A stretch of 64,000 nt of DNA, taken from Heteronotia binoei (taxonomy: Eukaryota). The stretch covers positions 56,110,001-56,174,000 of the forward strand of contig NC_083232.1 in assembly GCF_032191835.1 (NCBI RefSeq), read 5' to 3'. Made by a program: the position numbers and the translations under genes. Under the pieces are notes generated by a model. That model worked only from the letters and a program-made list of their open reading frames with translations, ran no database searches and was not told the DNA's origin. Of this stretch, positions 36,700-64,000 are shown piece after piece; positions within the stretch are counted from its first letter, which is position 1; each line of letters opens with the position of its first letter.

Positions 36700-37126
36700 N
36701 NNNNNNNNNNNNNNNNNNNNNNNNNNNNNNNNNNNNNNNNNNNNNNNNNNNNNNNNNNNNNNNNNNNNNNNNNNNNNNNNNNNNNNNNNNNNNNNNNNNN
36801 NNNNNNNNNNNNNNNNNNNNNNNNNNNNNNNNNNNNNNNNNNNNNNNNNNNNNNNNNNNNNNNNNNNNNNNNNNNNNNNNNNNNNNNNNNNNNNNNNNNN
36901 NNNNNNNNNNNNNNNNNNNNNNNNNNNNNNNNNNNNNNNNNNNNNNNNNNNNNNNNNNNNNNNNNNNNNNNNNNNNNNNNNNNNNNNNNNNNNNNNNNNN
37001 NNNNNNNNNNNNNNNNNNNNNNNNNNNNNNNNNNNNNNNNNNNNNNNNNNNNNNNNNNNNNNNNNNNNNNNNNNNNNNNNNNNNNNNNNNNNNNNNNNNN
37101 NNNNNNNNNNNNNNNNNNNNNNNNNN
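36700..37126. other. Assembly gap inside the HNRNPA2B1 3'UTR
   Basis: Run of N. Confidence 1.
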
Positions 37127-37375
37127 TGTTATTTCGAAAACCTGAAGCTGTTCTGTTACCTCTGGGCTCATCCTCTCCTATTTATACAGTGAAGCCTGTT
37201 TCAACAGAAGTAAAGAGTAAAAAAATAGGTTATGAAGTTATCCATCTAACCAGTTTCTTTTTAAAGGAAAGATAATATGATCCTAAAAAACTTTTACCCC
37301 TGCAGCTAAATCCAGAAACAATGCAATTTCAGCACTTAAAAAAAGCACACTCACCCATGAAAAGTTTACAGAAGC

Positions 37376-48469
<11,094 letters not shown>

Positions 48470-50487
48470 CTCGGGTCGCTGAAGAAACGGAGAAGGAAAG
48501 CGAGTGGGTTCTGGGATGCGATGCCTCTTGCCTCGGTCGCTCCGGCGGGTCTAGACGCGGTGGCGGCGGCAGTGGCGGCGACAGCGGACGTGTGTGAAGC
48601 GGCTAGCACTGTGGCGGCGGCGCAGTGAAGGGCGGGAACGAAAGAGGGTGGGTGTTTGCAGTGCGCAGCGGCGCTCTCGCTCTGCCCAACCCCCTCACGA
48701 CTCCCGCCCTGGCTGCGGCTGCCGCGGCCCCCCGCCCTCCTCCTCCTTCTCTCCCCGCCCCCTTAAATGTCGTTGCTGCTGGTTCAGTGCGCGCCGGGAG
48801 CCAGGAGACTACGGGGGAGCCGAGCCGCTGGGCACCATTGAAGTCCGTATCTTTCTTTTCCCCTACTCTCTTCCCCCTCTTGTCTAACTTGTCGTGTATG
48901 TGCATAGCGTAGGCAGCAGCAGGTCGTGGATCCTTTTGAAAATTCGGCTTACATTTTATGTAACTCCAAGAAATAATCAGGCGTGGCCTCTTTCTCCTCC
49001 CTCGTCAAGTTCTCCCCCCCCCCGCCTCCTTTCCCTCTATCATGTCCGCCGTTTCTTGGCTCCTCGAGGGCCTAGAAAAAGGGCTCTTGTTTCGTAGGCT
49101 GCCTTTAAGATAATTTCCAACTAACTACCCCACTCCCTTTTGGAGGGGGGGGAGAGTCTGTTGATCTGCTTGCGGGGGTGGGGGGGGGCACTGACAAGGC
49201 ATACACAGGTCGGAGCAGGCCGAACCCGTCTGCATCTTTCTTCGAAGTAAGTCTAGCCGACAGCCTTGGGAATTAATCCCAAAATAAATGCATGAGCCAT
49301 CTGCGGATGGGGAAAGAGATGGGGAATTACAACACGAAAAAGGTGGCTGCGGCCTGGGCCGCAGTCAAAGAAGAGCCCTTAGAGACGTGGACGTATATTT
49401 TAAAGCCGTTGAAGTTTTTAGCGCCTCGATGGGTGGTGGTGTGCTTGCAGGTGTGGGCAAAACGTGGCGGTGCCCGGGGGAGGGTTAATGGTGATTCTAA
49501 CTGCGCAACATTAATGTGTGGCCTGGAGTTTCCACGCATGTAATGGACGCGGCGTTTCCGATCTCGGCGGTTCGCATATCTTTGCCTTCTGCTCTGCTGG
49601 ATATGGGAGGCCCAGCCAGACTCACTTATCTTTGCATGCATCCCCCCGCCCACCCTTTTCTTGCCTATCTGCCTCGTGGTTAAGCATTTAGTTCTTTGGA
49701 ACAGGCCTTTGTTACTCTGTTTTATTCTAAGTCGAGGCGCTATGAGCGATTTGCATGGCCTAGATGCTACCATGGTACTGCATCTCCTGCAAAGAGATGG
49801 GGAACCAGGCAGAATTGCTGAGTCAAAGAGTGTTCTTGGTCTCTTCCTTGCTCTTCTCATTCTTATGGCTGATACTCCTTATTGGTTGCCAAGAAACCAC
49901 GGTGCAAATGAACTGTAGTGGGATTTAGAATAAGGCTTTCTATCACTTTCTAGGATATTTGTATCTTGCCTTTAAAAAGTATATTGGTGAAATAATTATT
50001 TGAGATACAAATATTCGGTATGTGCAGTTTTTAAGATAGGTAGGTAGCCTATACTGCTATGTCATATAGACCATAATACTTAATTATCGTTGTCACAGCT
50101 ATTGATCTGAAGCCATGTAGTCTAAGAATATGAAATCAAACCTTAGTATTGAAGGTTTTATTACATTATTGCCTATGTTTTAGGTTTTTGAACAGTAAGG
50201 CTGTCCTATAGACTTTTGTGAGTGGTACATTAGAATGGGAAATAAAAATGAGGAGGAATGTCATATGTGTAATGAGTCCAAATAATATTACTGCAATCAA
50301 GGCATAACATCAAGGCTTATTAACTTGTATTTGAAATATAGACCTTTTCACCACTTGGAATAATGCATTGAGCTCTTGGGGGATAGAACAAGGACCATAC
50401 TTGTATTGAGATGCCTTTCTCTGAGTAATGCAACATTCCTTTTGTCATGCATTTTTCTAGTAAAAGCTCAGCAAGTCTGCAATAAAA

Positions 50488-57684
<7,197 letters not shown>

Positions 57685-58211
57685 TTGTTTGGATTTTCTT
57701 TTTTATATATGTATAAAAAGAATATTAACAACTGTTTGGTTTTGACTTACCAGAAATGTGGAAAATGTCTGCATTCTAAGATGAGTTTGATTATTTTTAA
57801 AGTAATGTGTTTTGCATAAACAGAAAGAAAAAAGGGTTTGTGCTATTTGCTTTGTTTATTATGGGAGAGCATTTGATACTGCTTCCTGCATATTAAGTAA
57901 AGTGTTTTATAAAGTTAATGGTTAAGTGACTCTTAATGGCAGTTTGAACAAACTCACAAGTGTTTTTGTAGTTCTCTATTTTGATTGACATGCATGCATC
58001 TTATTCCCAACTTAGTCCTTTATCGGTGCAAGTGGAGGTATACTTTTTAAAGACCACTGAAGTTCAGGATTGCACAGTAAATCTTTAAGGCCGTTCTTTT
58101 TAGTATTTGTGGCTACTTGGTTCTGAGAGGACCAAGTGAAAACTTTGTAGTAAGTTGAAGGTGCAGACTGTATATTGTTTATTTTATTGTAAATACTGGT
58201 GAATGGTGATC

Positions 58212-58217
58212 AATAAA
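58212..58217 (+). terminator. CBX3 polyadenylation signal
   Basis: AATAAA about 530 nt after the stop codon, followed by a T-rich tract. Confidence 0.7.
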
Positions 58218-61062
58218 ATACTTTTATATTCTTGTTCCCTCTTCACCAAACAATGGGAAACCAAGTCTTCTGAAGGCTGTTTTTGGTAGTGATGATATCC
58301 CTTTAGGCACAACCCATACAGGACTGATACAACTACTCCTTTGCATTTTATTTATTTTTCGATTTATATTCCATCCTCTCTGCAAGCAGGCTCAGGGCAG
58401 ATCATGGATCACTTGCAATTCTCAGTTTCTGTAACAGCTTTTTTGGTACTGTGTCTAAATTGGCTAAAATAATTTGATCACACAGATCTCCTAATAGCAT
58501 TCTTAAGTCTTGGTCAGTTCAAATTATACCATGTTGGCAAATGAGTGGTTTGTGCAAGTACCAAAAATACACATAATCCATTTACATCTGTTCATTCCAT
58601 TACAGGTTGGGTACTGGAATGAAACTTCATGAAGCAAAACATTGGCATATGTTCTTGAAACTGACATACTGGTTTTGATCTGGGTCATTACTAAATTTCC
58701 AGCTTTTTGGAACAATGTAGCTTGAATTATTAGTTTTAAGTGTTTAGGGATAAAAGTTTCTACTTCTGTACCACTTCACAAGATTACAAGCTATTTCACA
58801 TTGCTGTCAGAACAGTTGATTCATATGCATGCCCAAGAAACAGCACAACATTGATTAATTTGTTTTTCCCCCAAAGGAAGCTAAACCTTTCTCTACCATG
58901 TTAGCTGCTACTCTTATTTCAGGTGGGACGCTTTACGATGTGGTAGGAGCATTTCCTTGTACTTGCACACAATGTATGGGAAATTGTGACCTTGTACAGT
59001 TTACCTCTTCCTGGTGTGTGGGCAAATACCCAGCAATACATATCTACTTCATACTGATGTACAAAGTAGTAAGGTAATTACCTCACTGCTAAAAGATAAT
59101 TGGTTACCCCACAAGTAAATGAGAAATAGTACAGGACAAGCTTAGATCCTGAGAGGAACTGGGATGTGAAAATTATACAAGTTCTCATAAGCTTGAACAG
59201 ATCACTTTCTTCTTAGGCCTCTGTCTCCCCCCCCCCCTCCCCCCGGCCAAATGATTCAGCAGACTATGCCCCTGGATATGCTCAGCCTTCATCAGGACAT
59301 TATTTGGTTTTAATTTATGATGTATTTATGCACACATACACTTAAACCAGATCCATTCTGTATCTCAGTGACTGGATCTTGCTCTTCTTGTGATTGATAT
59401 GGAAGTCAGCCACTTCAGTTCCAAGAGTGTTGCTTGAAATAGGTACTCCTGAAAGAACTGAGTGGGTGTACAAGTGACTGCCAGTTATGTGTTACCTTTT
59501 TTATAATGAATCACTGGATAATTTGAGAACCAGATAAAGATAAGGTGAAAGTTATATTTATTGAAGGAAGGTACTACTTTTGCCCATCATATGACATCCT
59601 AATAGGGGTATGGGAAATTTTCCTATGAAAACTGCAACGAGAAGACTCACAGATGCGCACTGTATCTGAGGTTTCCAGGCACCTGGTGGCATCATGGCTG
59701 CCTGCTGATGGGTTTTCTGGCACCCTTTTGTTGCTTTCAGAGTATTCTTTTCCATGAAGCCAATAACATGTTCTGGATTTCCTTGACCTCAGTGGAGCAG
59801 CAGGTGCTGCAGAAGAGCCTAGGAAGCATCTCTTCCAGAAGCCAGAACAGTCAGAACCAGCTGCTTTTACTGTGGGAGGATACTTAGTTTGCAACGTCCC
59901 AACATTTTGTGTTTGGCCTTTGTTCCCCATGGCAGCGGTTGGGTGATTAGTCCATTGCACAATGGCAACTATTTTGTGGTGGCACCTGTTTCCCAATTTC
60001 AAAAGTACCCACAGCCTCAAAAAGTGCCTTGTAGCACCCTGAACTCTAGCCTTAATTTCCACAGGCTAGAGCTCAGCTCATTAAATGCATAAAATGGCAC
60101 ATATATCTGACAATGAGCTCTAGTTCATTTTACTAACTGGTTAGTCTTTGAGAGAAGGGTTTGATACTGTAAATATACTAGGCTTTTCAATTAGCTTTAC
60201 CACTTGATGAGGACCTGTCAGGTTTATTTTTGCTTTGCATTTTTCACTTTTTTTTCATGTTCAGTGTTCATAAGAGCCTTTGCTGTATCAAGTAACTAAT
60301 CCCATCTAGTCTTAACATTCTGCTTCCAACAGTGGCTACAAGTGCCATTTGAAAGTCTAAAAGTCACAGCAGCTTCCTTTAAACTCAAGTGGTAATTTTC
60401 TAAATTTAAAGTGCTTTGTGCTTTTCTTTACCTTCTAGGTTCTCTATGTTCTGCCAGACATGTTTGAGTAACCTGCTGTATTGCAAGAAGAATAATTCCT
60501 CCATATAAGATAGGGGGTCAAAATGTAGAGGGTATGATGGCCATAATTCCCTCTGGCAACCTTCCCAGTTACATTTCACTACAGGAAGAAGTACTTGAAA
60601 TACCATTGCCTGTAATACCGTACCAGGCTCTGAAGCACCTAAAGAAATCTCGAACTCTCTTGTTTCTCTAGAGCCTCATTCTCTGCTGCAAAGAAGTTCT
60701 TTGCGTTTAGTTGCAGTTGAATGAAGCAGGCTTTAGGAAATGTAGTTTGAATTACGTAGTGTTCTATAAGTTTCTAATACAAGGAAAATTGATTATAAAG
60801 GTTTATAAAATGAGACATGCTCTGTTTATACACTGTGTTTCAACTTGATTAGCCCCCAAAGCAGCTTCCAAAAAAAATTACCACTGTTTAAAGTAGGTGA
60901 GTTTTATTTTTATTTTTTTTAAGTAGATGAGGTGGGGGTTATAGATGCTAGTCTTTCTGTGCATTTTTAATTCATGCCAGTTGTTAAAACTGCTACCAGT
61001 ATGCAGTTTCTGATAGTGGCAGACAGATCCACAATTATGACTTTCCTATACAAATAAAGAAG

Positions 61063-61356
61063 AGCCCCGTGGCACAGAGTGGTAAAGCTGCAGTACTGCA
61101 GTTGGAGCCCTCTGCTCACGACCTGAGTTCAATCCCAGCAGAAGCTGGTTCAGGTAGCTGGCTCAGGTTGATTCAGCCTTCCATCCTTCCAAGGTCAGTA
61201 AAATGAGTACCTAGCTTGCTGAGGGGAAAGTGTAGATGACTGGGGAAGGCAATGGCAAACCACCTGTAAAAAGTCTGCCATGAAAACGTGAACGCAATGT
61301 CACCCCAGAGTTGGAGACGACTGGTGCTTGCACAGGGGGACTACCTTTACCTTCTC
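61063..61356 (+). mobile_element. Full-length Sauria-type tRNA-derived SINE
   Basis: tRNA-like head (gtggcacagagtggtaaagc, gagttcaatcc), accttt tail, perfect 15-bp TSD atacaaataaagaag (61048-61062, 61357-61371). Confidence 0.88.
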
Positions 61357-64000
61357 ATACAAATAAAGAAGTCCTTGTCAAGTGCTCCAACGATTTAAGA
61401 GGCTTGGCTGGCAAGTGCTAGAAATTAGAAGGAAGGTTTCTGATATTTGTCACTCTGTTTTTCAAATGGCAGCTTCTGACAATTGGTCATGGAAATGGAC
61501 TTAGGAAAATAAGTTAGCCACAAATAACTTACATCAAGTGAGCACTAGTAACAGGAGGCCTGGCAGAAAATAGCATTTTCACAATATTGAGTGAATAACA
61601 ATGTAGTCCTAAATTTTAATGTTTGCTGCAAACACCATTCCCTGCCCTGGGAGGGGGTCCTGGCTCAGTGACAGCACATCTACCTTGCATGCAGAAGATC
61701 CCAGGTCCAATCTCTGATATTTCTAGTTAAAGCCTTGAGCAGTAGCTCATTTAAAAACACTAATGTATAGAGAACCACTGTCTGTCAGTTGACAATAGTG
61801 ACCTTAAAAGGTAAATGCTATAATTCACTATAATGCAGGTTCATCCAAAATGTTTTGCATTCTATAGTGCCCCAATACAAAATCTCAATGAGCTAAACAG
61901 CATCCACACATTTTCCTCGGTGTGTTTTAACAACAGATTATACAAAATGCTGCAAAGTGATGTGGAATGTTGCTTGTGAAAGGAAACATTTGTGACTTCC
62001 CAAAACATTCCCATTTGTCTCCCAATGAGATGGCTGTTCAGACCTCAACTACTGTGCTCCGAGCCGAGACATTAGATCTTATGCCCCTCGAGAGAGAACA
62101 GGCAGACACAGGTTATGCATGCTTCAGTCATTAAGATTCCTGGATATAAGTTAATGTTTATTATAACTATTCTTGTAAAGTGAACTATACCATCTCCCCT
62201 CTGATTTAAGACTAGACAAGACAAATGGCAAAGATCCCTGCCCTTTTCTGGGAAGTGTGCACCATGACTGCTAATTTCCCCTTCGGAGAGAAATCTCAAC
62301 ACACGTCCCTTCACTTTCCCTACACATTAGTTTCGAGTAGATTCCTACAATATACACCAGAGTAAAATTCTACGTTCCTTCCCTCTTGTGCAGCTACTTC
62401 CTGCTGTATAATCATACCTTGTCCGTAAGAGGAAAGTCCCCATCACTTGCGAAAGCAGGAAGTAGGTCTGTTCCTTATTATGCCCCCTCCCCATTGCCAG
62501 ACACTTCCTGATCCTGACAAATATTTTGCGATTTTGCTTGACTGCACTCTCTCCATCACTTGCTGCTATCTGAGGAGCAGCAAAGGGGAACGTTGCTGTA
62601 ATGAAGGGCAGGGTCACGATCCAATCCTATAATAAAACAAGAGTAATTGACAGAGAAAATTTATTCTAGTAAGTGTTGTTGAGCCAGAGCTCACCACCTA
62701 CATTTCTGGTGCCCCAGACTGTTGATCTCTCAGACTAACACAGCTACCCATCTGGATTGACCCAATGATCCCACTCCTTTATGTGTTTAGTTAAGTGCAA
62801 TGGGGTTTCATCCTGAAAAAGTGAGCCAATAAGATCACATATTCTATTTGTCAGGGGCCAGGGGGAGATCTGACATACAGCAAGGGGTGGAAGTTTAATG
62901 TAGACCCACGAATCTCGAGGGATAAATGGCTTCTACCTGAAATTCTGTTCATGCTGCATAACAGGATGAGAAGGATGCTGGGATGCTGCGATTTATATAT
63001 TTCCTTTTTTTCAAAACGAGTTTTCAATAGAATCCTATTTCCAGAGATAGCCAAGGCAATCTGTTGCAGAATTAAACATATCCAGTGAATCGTTAAAGAT
63101 TAACAAACTTTATTGCACTGTAAATTCCAGTGAGTTAGATCTTATTTCTTCAGATGCATGGAATGTGCATTCATTTTACAGACATTTTTATGACCAAATT
63201 TACGAACAGAAAGAAATGGGGGATCTTTATCAGAGAACTTTTGTAAATTATGCATACTGAGGCAATCCTATCCACTGTAAATCACAAAGGTACAAAATGG
63301 TAGGGTATCCTCTTCTGAGTTTGTTTGCTTGTATGGCTTAATGGCAGAATCAATATAGATAAGAAAATATCATATTGGAGACATCTGGAAGTTAAAGTAT
63401 ATAAATTTGGAGTTCACATAGAATTCATCACTAAGCAGAGTGGAAGTATGCCAAAGTCTCAGCCACATTACTTCTTTACTTCATTTATACCCCTAACTTT
63501 CTCCTAATTTCATGCTCACAACAACCCTGTAAATCAAATGGTTGCCAACCTCCAGGTAGTGACTGAAGATCTGATATTAACATAATGGATCTCCAGGCAA
63601 CAGAGGTTAGTTCATCTGGAGAAAATAGTCACTTTTGGAAGGTAGACTTTATGGCATTGAAGTCCTCCTTCCTATACCCCACCCTCAGCAGGCTGCACCC
63701 CAAAATTTTCAGGTATTTCCCAACCTGGAGCTGGCAACCCTACCTGTGAGGTAGGCTAGGAGTATATGACTGGCCCTCAGTCATCTAGCAAGCTTCCAGG
63801 GCAGAGTGGGTATTTGAACCTGGGTTCCCAGTTCCCATTTCAACACTCTAACCACAACACAATGATCTGCAGTAGCGGCAGCGTTTCATTATAATCAACC
63901 AAAATATCACAAAATACTGAGCAAGCTTTCAAATTTCCCTGAACTCTTAATCCGACTTGATGTACAGTATATTATAAAAAGGCCTTGCAAGAGACCAAGT

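Noticed and set aside
59574-60062. 162-aa minus-strand ORF
   Set aside because: No recognisable motif; probably a chance ORF.

Overview
Vertebrate genomic DNA, most likely a squamate and probably a gecko (Sauria-type SINEs, CR1, L1, L2, hAT MITEs), with two N gaps. It holds the divergent housekeeping pair HNRNPA2B1 (minus strand) and CBX3/HP1-gamma (plus strand) on a shared CpG island, the locus known in mammals as the A2UCOE. Where mammals have NFE2L3 (Nrf3), tail-to-tail with HNRNPA2B1, no intact gene is present. Instead there is a decayed, frameshifted remnant of the CNC-bZIP last exon at about 31.2-31.9 kb, with the basic region deleted. There are also weaker traces of exon 3 (24.5 kb) and of exon 1 inside a still CpG-rich island (20.4-21.85 kb). 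This apparent unitary pseudogene does not show up in the ORF track and is the main finding. The first 20 kb is repeat-dominated and includes a full-length L1 nested in a CR1 and a solo LTR nested in a hAT MITE. Homology calls come from recalled protein and family sequences compared by eye; no searches were run.
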